Below are positions 1-8,163 of a stretch of DNA of 20,000 nt, in pieces; the stretch's first letter is position 1; each line of letters begins with the position of its first letter. Both the position numbers and the translations under genes were made by a program. The DNA lies in the IMG/VR virus record IMGVR_UViG_3300048930_000155, positions 61,740-81,739 of that record. One strand, given 5' to 3'. Origin of the DNA: an uncultured virus (IMG/VR IMGVR_UViG_3300048930_000155). Its lineage: Duplodnaviria; Heunggongvirae; Uroviricota; Caudoviricetes. The notes beneath the pieces were generated by a model, which did not search any database, had not been told where the DNA came from, and saw nothing but the letters and a program-made list of their open reading frames with translations.

Positions 1-945
1 ACCACGTTTATCAATAATTGGCGCCGAGGCGAAGTTAATAAAAAGATCGTAGATTTATATGATAACCCTGATGTAGTCTACGCAGCGTCAGATATGGACT
101 GGAAGTTAATGTCTAATAAAGACTTTGATGCGCTACTTACTGCGGCCACGTCCCTATATCCAGGAGTAGGGCCATTACCTAAAGGGGATCACGCCGATCT
201 AGTGGACCTATTTAAGGCTATAGGTAAGCAAAAAGAAGCGGACGGCTGGAATAACCTTAACGACGATCAGCGCAAGTACTATAACTACGCTAACTGGCTA
301 TGCTTAAGTATTAAAGGTGAGCTGATGATAAAAGCTTATCTAGAGAAGATTATACCTAGAATTAAAAGAGTGATAAGCGCTCAGCGGGCAATCGATATTC
401 AAAGCGACAGTGGAGACTCTATTACGGGATTTATAGATTTAATTGCCATATGGGAAGACGGAAGAACTATAGTATTTGATAACAAAACCTCGGCTAGGGA
501 GTACGAAGCCGACGCTGTTCTAAAGAGCCCGCAACTAGCTATATATTCGCACGCACTCGAGAATGAGCTTAAGTCTAGGACAGCAGGGTTCATAGTATTA
601 CGAAAACTTATTAATAAGAACGCTAGTAAGAAGTGCAGCGTGTGTAATATGGACGGGGAGGGCAACAGAGCTAGAACCTGTAATAACGAAATAGGCGGTA
701 AGCGGTGTTCAGGAGAGTGGGAAGAAGTGCTGAGGCCGGCAGCGGATATCCAAGTACTTATATCAGATATCCCGGAACAAACGGAGGCCATAACTATCCA
801 GAACTTCGAAGAAGTTAACCATGCTATAAAGGCCCAGGTATTCCCGAGAAACATGTCAGCCTGTAAGAATGGAAGCCTAATATGCCCGTATTACTCAGTA
901 TGCTGGCATAATAATAATAAAGATGTAGTTAAGATTGAAAAGTAA
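1..945 (+). CDS. PD-(D/E)XK nuclease, Cas4/RecB-like exonuclease (5'-truncated by window)
   Basis: Frame is open from position 1 through the ATG at 94. Motifs GFIDLI...IVFDNKTS...PQLAIY, C-terminal C-x6-CPY-x3-C as in Cas4/AddB Fe-S nucleases, and an extra CSVC...C...C insert. Confidence 0.8.
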   Translation, partial: TTFINNWRRGEVNKKIVDLYDNPDVVYAASDMDWKLMSNKDFDALLTAATSLYPGVGPLPKGDHADLVDLFKAIGKQKEADGWNNLNDDQRKYYNYANWLCLSIKGELMIKAYLEKIIPRIKRVISAQRAIDIQSDSGDSITGFIDLIAIWEDGRTIVFDNKTSAREYEADAVLKSPQLAIYSHALENELKSRTAGFIVLRKLINKNASKKCSVCNMDGEGNRARTCNNEIGGKRCSGEWEEVLRPAADIQVLISDIPEQTEAITIQNFEEVNHAIKAQVFPRNMSACKNGSLICPYYSVCWHNNNKDVVKIEK

Positions 946-948
946 GTG

Positions 949-977
949 TGGACATAGTTTCGCGCTTTTGCTAGATT
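949..977 (+). promoter_or_regulatory. Putative sigma70-type promoter
   Basis: TGGACA-17 nt-TAGATT with extended TG, followed by SD AGGAG and ATG at 996. Confidence 0.5.
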
Positions 978-995
978 ATAACATATAGGAGACAT

Positions 996-1232
996 ATGGC
1001 AAAAATAGGAAGATCAATTAGAATGAAACAAGAAGACAAAGGACCTTACTATGTGCTTGGAATTGCAGTGACTCATGATGGTTTTGAGTTACGTAAGTTA
1101 AAGATGCACGGGGACGAAGTTATGCACGTAGAGACGGTAGCCACGTCCACAGATAGGGCCGAAATCATATCACAACTGGAAATAAATACAGTATATTATG
1201 CCTATGACTTTAACCAACAACAAAGTAAATAG
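996..1232 (+). CDS. Hypothetical protein
   Basis: 78-aa ORF with strong SD (TAGGAG); no recognised motif. Confidence 0.7.
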   Translation: MAKIGRSIRMKQEDKGPYYVLGIAVTHDGFELRKLKMHGDEVMHVETVATSTDRAEIISQLEINTVYYAYDFNQQQSK

Positions 1233-1896
1233 CGGTACCGCACATTTTCAAACAGAGCTTAGCGACGCTTTAATCAAGTTTAGCCGCCACGGGCACCTAG
1301 CCGTAGTGCAGTACCTAATCGAAAAGGGCGCTAACGTTAGGGCCCGTGGCGACGCGGCGCTACGCAGGGCGGCGGAGAATGGACACCTAGACATCGTGCA
1401 GTACCTAATCGAAAAGGGCGCTGACGTTAGGGCCGATGATGTCGAGGCGCTACACCGGGCGGCTACTAACGGGCACCTAGCCGTAGTGCAGTACCTCATC
1501 GAAAAGGGTGCTAACGTTAGGGCCTATAACGACGCGGCGCTACACTGGGCGGCTCGTAACGGTCACTTAGACGTAGTACAGCTCCTCATCGAAAAGGGCG
1601 CTAAAGTTAGGGCCTGTGACGACTCGGCGCTACGCTGGTCGGCGGATAACGGTCACCTAGCCGTAGTGCAGTACCTAATCGAAAAGGGCGCTGACGTTAG
1701 GGCCCGTAACGACGAGGCGCTGCGTAACGCGGCGGAGAATGGTCACCTAGCCGTAGTGCAGTACCTAATCGAAAAGGGCGCTAACGTTAGGGCCCGTGAC
1801 GACGAGGCGCTACGCGAGGCGGCGCATAATGGACACAAAGACGTCGTACAATATTTAGAAAACGTTATTAAGGAGCTTAAGAAGTGCAAGTGCTAA
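1198..1896 (+). CDS. Ankyrin-repeat protein 1 (6 x 30-aa repeats plus caps); start uncertain
   Basis: GHLAVVQYLIEKGA(N/D)VRAxxDxAL(R/H)xAAxx repeats, N-cap QTELSDALIKFSRH, C-cap GHKDVVQYLENVIKE. Confidence 0.92.
   Translation: MPMTLTNNKVNSGTAHFQTELSDALIKFSRHGHLAVVQYLIEKGANVRARGDAALRRAAENGHLDIVQYLIEKGADVRADDVEALHRAATNGHLAVVQYLIEKGANVRAYNDAALHWAARNGHLDVVQLLIEKGAKVRACDDSALRWSADNGHLAVVQYLIEKGADVRARNDEALRNAAENGHLAVVQYLIEKGANVRARDDEALREAAHNGHKDVVQYLENVIKELKKCKC
1291..1830 (+). repeat. Six tandem 90-bp ankyrin-coding units
   Basis: Units start at 1291, 1381, 1471, 1561, 1651 and 1741 with a near-invariant core such as GAAAAGGGCGCT(A/G)ACGTTAGGGCC. Confidence 0.97.
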
Positions 1897-2075
1897 ACTT
1901 TATCGCAATAACTAGAGAGCTTTACTACAATCGTCCGTCTACACTAAGTAACTTGCAGCACGTAGTAGTAGTATTATCTAACGCTAGATGTCACGAATTT
2001 TTACTAAAGGTTGAGCAGGAAAGCATCAAAGCGCAAGAAGCAAAAGCTCATATCCCTACCGTCTTTGACCATTGA
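1884..2075 (+). CDS. Small hypothetical protein
   Basis: GTG start 8 nt after AAGGAG (1870-1875), which lies inside the ankyrin C-cap; fills the gap before the next promoter. Confidence 0.55.
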   Translation: MQVLNFIAITRELYYNRPSTLSNLQHVVVVLSNARCHEFLLKVEQESIKAQEAKAHIPTVFDH

Positions 2076-2098
2076 CATTCACTGAAGACTAGTATAAT
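2072..2098 (+). promoter_or_regulatory. Putative sigma70-type promoter
   Basis: Consensus TTGACA (2072-2077) and TATAAT (2093-2098) but only a 15-nt spacer; GGAGG SD and ATG 2120 follow. Confidence 0.55.
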
Positions 2099-2119
2099 CT
2101 AAAAACACTGGAGGAAATC

Positions 2120-2695
2120 ATGGATACAGTAAAAACAAAAAAGGGCACAGTCCTTCCCTTAATGAGCCTTAAAGGTAAGCCGTATATGCAGGTAGCTCAT
2201 AGGATAGTTTGGTTTAATGAAGATACGGAAGGTGGAGCTTTCAGTATCGAGACTGAAAATCTTACTTTGTCTGAAGATCGTGCAGTTATCAAAGCTACCG
2301 TAAAGGTATTTGATAGCAGTAACCGTTTAATAAAGCAGGGCGTAGGAACTAAATCTGAATCTAAAAAGGACTTTGCGGATTTTATAGAAAAGGCTGAAAC
2401 TGGGGCCATTGGCCGAGCTATCACCATGTTAGGGTACGGTACTGCATACGCGCTCGCAGACTTAGACGAAGGCGGACGCATTATCGACAGTCCAGTAGTT
2501 AATGTTCGTAAGCAAGAAGTGAAATCGGAAATACTGTCCGCCCCTAATAGTCCCGCAGCTAACTCTACCGTTGAAGTTACAAGTACAGTAAGCCCTACGG
2601 CAGAAGGCGTTACCAAGCCCGTCGCTACAAAAAGGGCAATGTTTCAGAAGCCTGGCGCCGCTGCAGCAGTGCCTAGCTCAGATGAGTGGTCATGA
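2120..2695 (+). CDS. Putative single-strand annealing protein (Rad52/Sak-like)
   Basis: KGKPYMQVAHRIVWF...AVIKATVKV...GVGT...IEKAETGAIGRA pattern with a disordered tail ending SSDEWS; lies between an exonuclease and an SSB. Confidence 0.55.
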   Translation: MDTVKTKKGTVLPLMSLKGKPYMQVAHRIVWFNEDTEGGAFSIETENLTLSEDRAVIKATVKVFDSSNRLIKQGVGTKSESKKDFADFIEKAETGAIGRAITMLGYGTAYALADLDEGGRIIDSPVVNVRKQEVKSEILSAPNSPAANSTVEVTSTVSPTAEGVTKPVATKRAMFQKPGAAAAVPSSDEWS

Positions 2696-2796
2696 AAACT
2701 CGCAAACAACCACGACCGGATTTCGAAACAGTATTGACGGCTACGGCGGTAGTAATAACACTAGTATATGTAGTTTATAAGGCAATAACCATTTAA
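2692..2796 (+). CDS. Small single-TM peptide (34 aa), not in ORF track
   Basis: ATGA overlap with the previous stop; translates to MKTRKQPRPDFETVLTATAVVITLVYVVYKAITI and fills the intergenic gap. Confidence 0.55.
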   Translation: MKTRKQPRPDFETVLTATAVVITLVYVVYKAITI

Positions 2797-2810
2797 AGGA
2801 GAATAATAAA

Positions 2811-3062
2811 ATGGCTAAGTATAAAACAATTGGATCTGTGATTAAATCAAAAGACTTCGAAGTGACTAAAGAAGCTTATATTAAGATTAAAGAGGATGTT
2901 ACGCTCAAGGCTGGCTCTTTCGTAAGCCTTGTTAATCCAAGAACCCTAGCGGATAAACTCGCTGGAAAGGTGTCAGACGAGGTACTCGAAAAGATTAGAG
3001 AGCGTGGCGAAAAGACACCAAGCTTCATAATGTTCGAATTGCAGGTTAAAAATGAGGAGTAA
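2811..3062 (+). CDS. Hypothetical protein
   Basis: 83 aa with strong SD AAGGAG. Confidence 0.75.
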   Translation: MAKYKTIGSVIKSKDFEVTKEAYIKIKEDVTLKAGSFVSLVNPRTLADKLAGKVSDEVLEKIRERGEKTPSFIMFELQVKNEE

Positions 3063-3321
3063 GTCTAAGGCCTATAGAAAGTCTAAGAAATTTAGGGTAA
3101 TGCTGTACCTTGTCGACGGCAATATCTTTTTTGTAGAGCTTAATGCCACCTCGGCTAGCGCAGCGGTGGCTAAGTTACATAAGCGCAATTTAGTGAAGAT
3201 AGAGAATGTAACAGATGCGTTCGGGTCAGAAGTTTTTCTGAACACTGCCACTATTATCAGCGCCAGTGTAGTAGAGATTAGCAATAATAAGAGCACTAAT
3301 GAAAGGATTAGCAATGTATAA
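3052..3321 (+). CDS. Hypothetical protein
   Basis: 89 aa, short overlaps with both neighbours in operon orientation. Confidence 0.6.
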   Translation: MRSKSKAYRKSKKFRVMLYLVDGNIFFVELNATSASAAVAKLHKRNLVKIENVTDAFGSEVFLNTATIISASVVEISNNKSTNERISNV

Positions 3322-3598
3322 TAAAATCGTATTAGCTGGAAACTTAGTTCAAGATCCAGACGTAATTAATTTACCTGATCAGTCCATGGTTAAAATTCGA
3401 GTAGCCACTAACTTCGGGCGTGGCGAAAAGAAAGAGACTGAATACTTTAATGTGAAGATGTTTGGTAAATTGGCAGATACGTGTAAGAAGTTTCTTACAA
3501 AAGGTAAGGCGGTAATCGTAGAGGGGCGAGTTCAGACTCGTACTCACGAGGGTAAGAGTTACGTAGAAGTGCTTGCCGACGACGTTCGTTTTATCTAA
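3314..3598 (+). CDS. ssb: Single-stranded DNA-binding protein (OB fold only)
   Basis: MYNKIVLAGNLVQDP...IRVATN...ETEYFNVKMFGKLAD...LTKGKAVIVEGRVQTR. ATG 3314 after GAAAGGA is preferred over 3299. Confidence 0.9.
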   Translation: MYNKIVLAGNLVQDPDVINLPDQSMVKIRVATNFGRGEKKETEYFNVKMFGKLADTCKKFLTKGKAVIVEGRVQTRTHEGKSYVEVLADDVRFI

Positions 3599-3611
3599 TA
3601 TAGGAGCTAAG

Positions 3612-4172
3612 ATGAAATACAAGATTTTGCTGGCAGCAATGCTGGCGTCATGCGGATCACCGCAGACTCAGCTATTGCCAGGAATTAATGGTATAAACGG
3701 GGTAGATGGTGCCGATGGAGCTGACGGTGTAAATGGGCTAGCTTTAATTAGCCAGGCCAGAACAGCTACTGCACTGGAGTGCCCGTCCTCTACTGGAACC
3801 GCAATAGACGTGTACCAAGATACGGACTCTTCTGGAACAGTGAGTGCCGGAGATGTATTCCAGTCCGGACTAGTCTCCTGTAACGGCACAGACGGTAATA
3901 ATTCAGTGGCTTCAGTAACGTCGTTCAACTTCACTAACCACGTCTCGTGCTTTGATCTAGGGAATAACTTTAGCGCTAAAAAATCATCCACCACTGCCAA
4001 TGACGTTAGGATCTACCCAAACAGCAGTTGTTCGGGATCACACGTAAATTCATTAGCCGAAGGTAGCGACGAAGTATTCCAAGTAACAGATAACATGTTA
4101 TTGATACTAGAGGGTAATAACTCCGGGACCATCGCGCCGTTGACTATTAGGCGAATTCTGTTTAACCTGTAA
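3612..4172 (+). CDS. Putative lipoprotein with short collagen-like G-X-Y stretch
   Basis: ATG 3612 after AGGAG; signal MKYKILLAAMLAS-C (lipobox); GINGINGVDGADGADGVNG; Cys-containing C-terminal domain. Confidence 0.7.
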   Translation: MKYKILLAAMLASCGSPQTQLLPGINGINGVDGADGADGVNGLALISQARTATALECPSSTGTAIDVYQDTDSSGTVSAGDVFQSGLVSCNGTDGNNSVASVTSFNFTNHVSCFDLGNNFSAKKSSTTANDVRIYPNSSCSGSHVNSLAEGSDEVFQVTDNMLLILEGNNSGTIAPLTIRRILFNL

Positions 4173-4200
4173 GTATACCGCACTAAACAAAGGAGATAAT

Positions 4201-4533
4201 ATGACTGATGATAAAACAAGCGCGCCCGAAGTTGTGGAGCCTAGCTTAGAGGCGCCTGCAATAGATCTAGCTAACGTAGATTTCTCAAATCCAGATAACA
4301 TTCCCAAAGAAGTGTTAGATATGCCGGTATTGATGCCTCCTAAGCGGGTGATTCATTCATACGCCTCAAACTTTAAACTTCGCCTATCTAATCCCTTTAG
4401 ATTGAATCTTAATCCTACAAGGAAGATTAGCCGAAGCTGGTATAAGGGGCAACTTATTACCTCAGACGAGTACTCTAAGATTTCGTTCGAAGAAGCCTTT
4501 GCAGATCGAAACATTATTAAGAGAGCTAAGTAA
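4201..4533 (+). CDS. Hypothetical protein
   Basis: 110 aa, SD AAGGAG, acidic N-terminus and basic C-terminus. Confidence 0.7.
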   Translation: MTDDKTSAPEVVEPSLEAPAIDLANVDFSNPDNIPKEVLDMPVLMPPKRVIHSYASNFKLRLSNPFRLNLNPTRKISRSWYKGQLITSDEYSKISFEEAFADRNIIKRAK

Positions 4534-4568
4534 ACTTAAGGCACTAACTTTACATATAGGAGCGGACT

Positions 4569-7532
4569 GTGCAAGTGAATTACGTACGACTTACTAAAGG
4601 ACTTTCAGATTACGGTAAACTTATCCCCCCTAATGAGATCTCTAAGTTCATTAAGGATTATAATAGCGATTACTATAGAAGTGTCTATCGCTACTCAGAG
4701 AATCAGTTTAACGAGTTTCAGAAGACTAAGACCGTAGCCGGTATAGTCGATGTAGTCACTCCTAGCTTAGTGTTCGACTTTGATAGTAAGGACGACACAG
4801 AGCAAGCTAGAAAGGACACAGTAGAGCTGGTATCTAGACTAATTAGCTTAGGCGTCGCTAGAGACCAGATGCTTGTATCCTATTCAGGCTCTAAAGGCTT
4901 TAGTGTAGAATTAGAAACTGTTCACTCCTTTACGCCCACTCAATTAAAAAATGTAGCCCAGAACTTAGCCACTGGACTAAATACGCTGGACACTAAGATC
5001 TATAATGCGTCTAGGGTATTTCGCGTCCCTTATACTAAGCACCCCGCCACTGGGCTGTACAAACTCCCTATTAGCATCGAACAGTTAAGCGAGTTTAATA
5101 TGGACCAGATTAAGGAGCTGGCTAAGAACTTGGATAACGCAGCCTCTCCTGCCGTAGACGGCGTAGAGCTTCCTCAGGCCATTCTAGCGCTCGCTAATAG
5201 CGCCCCAGAAGTTACGCCCATCGCCGAGGTTGGTGACATCGATTACTCTAAAAAAGAACGCGGCATGCCCTCCTGTAAGTATCGCATCCTAAATGGGGAC
5301 TTCCCATCTGGTAATCGCAATAACGCGCTAATGGCTTTAGGCGCACATTACAAATCTAAAGGCGTGCCAAAAGAAGTTAATTATAGAATCCTGAAGGGTG
5401 CAGCCGAACTTCAAGGTAGGCGTTATAACCAAACGCCGTTCGATAAGACTGAGATCTGGAACAATATTATAGAAGTGCTGTACGGCCCTCACTGGAAAGG
5501 TGCCACGTACTCTTGCGCAGATCATGACTGGTTAAAGGCTATTTGCCCTACCGGTGGCAAGTGTAGCGGTAAGGCTAAGAAAGAGTTTGTAACGATTGAC
5601 TCAGTGTCAGACATCTTCTCTAACTACGCCACTAACATCGATAAAAATACTATTAAGACTGGAATAGATACTATTGATGATAGTATTAGACTACAGACCC
5701 ACAGTCACGTAGTTATAGCGGGTTCGAGTGGCTCAGGCAAATGTCTAGGTAAGGGGACCTTAGTACTAATGTACGACGGTAGTACTAAGGTAGTCGAAGA
5801 CGTTAAAGTAGGCGACTTGCTTATGGGAGACGATTCTACTCCTCGTACCGTATTGTCGCTAGCAAGAGGTTCTGAAACGTTATATAAAGTGAGCCAAGAA
5901 GATGGAGCAGACTACATAGTAAACGAGTCTCACATTTTGTCCTTAAAGTGTACTAATGATCAGCAACACAAGGCCACTAAGACTTATATCGCTAATAGAG
6001 TAGTAGATATTTCAGTTAAAGAGTACCTAAATGCAAGCGGTAAATTCAAAGAGTGCTTTAAAGGATACAAGGCGGCTGTTGAATTCGAAGAAAAATCGCA
6101 ACCCATTCCTGCTTATCTTATGGGATACTGGCTAGGCAACGGCAGCAAATCAAAACCTCAAGTGAGTATGCATGCGAAAGACGTGGAAGTTTTGGAGTAT
6201 ATTAAAAACTACGCCACAGCTAAGGGTTATAAGTTTAACGCTGCGCGCGAGTCGGAGAATGGAGTATCCGTATATTTTTACGGGAATAAAAACGAATTCG
6301 TTAATACGCTTAGAGAACTGGAGCTTGTAAATGATAAGCACGTCCATAGGATATATCTAACGGGATCTAAGGCGCAGAGGTTAGATTTAATCGCAGGCTT
6401 ATTAGACTCTGACGGGCACTACGATCCCAATAAAAATACTTTTGAATTCACATCCTCGGATGAGCGACTTATGCAGCAATTTCAGTGGCTATGTCGCTCC
6501 GTAGGGTATAAGTGTACCTATAAGAGAGAATTAAAGCATTACAGATCTTTTACTAAAGGAAAACTCTACGAAGGGGATGCAGTTGCTTATAGGGCTTATC
6601 TAACTGGGGACAGATTAGATCTTATACCGAATAAGCTTGCAAGAAAAAGGGCCGTAGCTCAGATTAAACAGAGATATCAAGACTGCACTAAAATCTCACT
6701 AGAGAATATAGGTTTTGGAGAGTATTTTGGGTTTGAGATTGACGGTAATAAACGATTTGTGCTGGGCACAGACTTTACAGTCACACATAATACTAGCACT
6801 ATTCTAAATATTTTAAACAACGCCAGTAAAGCTGGTCTAAAGGCAGTCATGGGCAGCATGGATATGGGGGCCCCACTAATCTACCAAAAGCTGGCCCAGA
6901 AAGTAAGCGGACTAACTGATAAGAGGCTCTACGATATCTTTAAGAACAAAGATCAGAAGCGCATCAAAGAAATCCAGCAAAAGATCATGGAAGAGTACAA
7001 GAACGTATTCTTCGACTTTAGGTCTGGAGTAGAGATTGGTGAGCTTAGAGAAAATCTACTGGCCATGAAGGACCAACACGGCTCCGATCTTAAACTCGTA
7101 GTGTACGATTTCATTAATCGAATTCGAGGGCCCTATTCCGATGAGACGGCTAATCTAGCTTATATCGCCCCCAAACTATCGGACTTAGCTAACGAGACTG
7201 AAACGCTTATTATTAGCTTAGCTCAGATTGCAAGGTCTAAGGGCGGCCCTGCTACACCTCTTACAGATAGCCGAATTGCTAAAGGATCTTCCGCTATTGA
7301 GGAATCCGCTACGGTACTGTTTGGCCTGTGGAGGCCTGGCTATAATAAAGGCGATCAAGATAAGTATCTTCGCATTGCAGCCTTAAAGACGCGCATGGGT
7401 AAAGAGTTTTCTGTGGGGCTTGGCTGGGATGGCATGACTGGTAACATTCGCTCGCTTAGCTCCGAGGAAGAAGCAGACTTAGAGATCTTAGAGACAAAGG
7501 ACACTGAAAAAGACGGGTGGGGCAACTTCTAG
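4569..7532 (+). CDS. AEP primase - SF4 (DnaB-like) helicase fusion, intein-containing
   Basis: AEP motifs LVFDFD, SGSKGF, DTKIYNASRVFRVPYTKH; PriCT-like GNRNNALMALG; Walker A AGSSGSGK|TS split by an intein; LVVYDF, IISLAQ, GSSAIEESA and KTRMG match DnaB-type motifs. Confidence 0.88.
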   Translation: MQVNYVRLTKGLSDYGKLIPPNEISKFIKDYNSDYYRSVYRYSENQFNEFQKTKTVAGIVDVVTPSLVFDFDSKDDTEQARKDTVELVSRLISLGVARDQMLVSYSGSKGFSVELETVHSFTPTQLKNVAQNLATGLNTLDTKIYNASRVFRVPYTKHPATGLYKLPISIEQLSEFNMDQIKELAKNLDNAASPAVDGVELPQAILALANSAPEVTPIAEVGDIDYSKKERGMPSCKYRILNGDFPSGNRNNALMALGAHYKSKGVPKEVNYRILKGAAELQGRRYNQTPFDKTEIWNNIIEVLYGPHWKGATYSCADHDWLKAICPTGGKCSGKAKKEFVTIDSVSDIFSNYATNIDKNTIKTGIDTIDDSIRLQTHSHVVIAGSSGSGKCLGKGTLVLMYDGSTKVVEDVKVGDLLMGDDSTPRTVLSLARGSETLYKVSQEDGADYIVNESHILSLKCTNDQQHKATKTYIANRVVDISVKEYLNASGKFKECFKGYKAAVEFEEKSQPIPAYLMGYWLGNGSKSKPQVSMHAKDVEVLEYIKNYATAKGYKFNAARESENGVSVYFYGNKNEFVNTLRELELVNDKHVHRIYLTGSKAQRLDLIAGLLDSDGHYDPNKNTFEFTSSDERLMQQFQWLCRSVGYKCTYKRELKHYRSFTKGKLYEGDAVAYRAYLTGDRLDLIPNKLARKRAVAQIKQRYQDCTKISLENIGFGEYFGFEIDGNKRFVLGTDFTVTHNTSTILNILNNASKAGLKAVMGSMDMGAPLIYQKLAQKVSGLTDKRLYDIFKNKDQKRIKEIQQKIMEEYKNVFFDFRSGVEIGELRENLLAMKDQHGSDLKLVVYDFINRIRGPYSDETANLAYIAPKLSDLANETETLIISLAQIARSKGGPATPLTDSRIAKGSSAIEESATVLFGLWRPGYNKGDQDKYLRIAALKTRMGKEFSVGLGWDGMTGNIRSLSSEEEADLEILETKDTEKDGWGNF
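5742..6791 (+). mobile_element. Intein (350 aa) with LAGLIDADG homing endonuclease domain
   Basis: Starts CLGKGT after Walker A GK, has VNESHIL (block B), YLMGYWLGNG and LIAGLLDSDG, and ends VTHN before Thr+1. Confidence 0.93.
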
Positions 7533-7561
7533 TTGCTCTGTAAGCTATTCTAGTGTAATAT
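7533..7561 (+). promoter_or_regulatory. Putative promoter
   Basis: TTGCTC-17 nt-TAATAT, then GAGGGGAG SD and ATG 7582. Confidence 0.4.
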
Positions 7562-7581
7562 AAAAGTGAGGGGAGATTATC

Positions 7582-7851
7582 ATGCAAAAACTTAGAAGAT
7601 ACCTTATTATTAGCGCTGGCGTATTAGCCGGCTTATTTCTTATCGCAGGAGGCGCGGGCCTTTATAAAGCAGGGCGAATCAGCGGATCAGTTTATGGGTG
7701 CCTGAAAATGGCAGAACTTGTAATGCCGCCCGCAATGCAGCCCGAATGCGGATTTGTAGAGGACGACCTTGCACTATCTTTTATTAATCCGTTTACGCGT
7801 AGCCGAGCCACAGTAAACTTAGAAACTCAAACAGAAATATTACCTGAATAG
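7582..7851 (+). CDS. Small membrane-anchored hypothetical protein
   Basis: N-terminal hydrophobic helix YLIISAGVLAGLFLIAGGAGLY. Confidence 0.65.
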   Translation: MQKLRRYLIISAGVLAGLFLIAGGAGLYKAGRISGSVYGCLKMAELVMPPAMQPECGFVEDDLALSFINPFTRSRATVNLETQTEILPE

Positions 7852-7858
7852 GTGTGCC

Positions 7859-8161
7859 ATGACTAAGCCTCTTTACGAGCTTAATCTCCCGCCAGCTTCT
7901 TGGTTCATAGGACAATACGTTAGAATTGTCACCACTATGGAAGAGCAGGATGGTATGGGCGAAGTTATTGGAAGAGTTCAAGTAGTCGGTCTGGTAGTAG
8001 ACAGCGACAGCATGTATTTGACATTAGGCGAATTCTCGCCGCTTGAAGAAACTCCCATAGCCCACATGGCCATTAAACATTCAGATATTCAAATGATATC
8101 TTTAGCCAGCCCGGACGATTCTGATATAGAAGACGAGCCGGCTAAGCGCAACTTAAACTGA
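7859..8161 (+). CDS. Hypothetical protein, possible Sm-like fold
   Basis: IGQYVRI...GLVVDSDSMYLTL...IKHSDIQMI resembles the Sm1/Sm2 pattern; acidic tail. Confidence 0.5.
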   Translation: MTKPLYELNLPPASWFIGQYVRIVTTMEEQDGMGEVIGRVQVVGLVVDSDSMYLTLGEFSPLEETPIAHMAIKHSDIQMISLASPDDSDIEDEPAKRNLN

Positions 8162-8163
8162 AT

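Noticed and set aside
1291..1830. CRISPR-like array (conserved block plus variable block, near a Cas4-like gene)
   Set aside because: The variable parts are homologous to each other, the period is exactly 30 codons, and the array encodes in-frame ankyrin repeats; no cas1 or cas2 is present.
981..4563. Recurrent ATATAGGAG motif (about 983, 3598, 4555) as a phage regulatory box
   Set aside because: Adequately explained as SD context; too short to support more.
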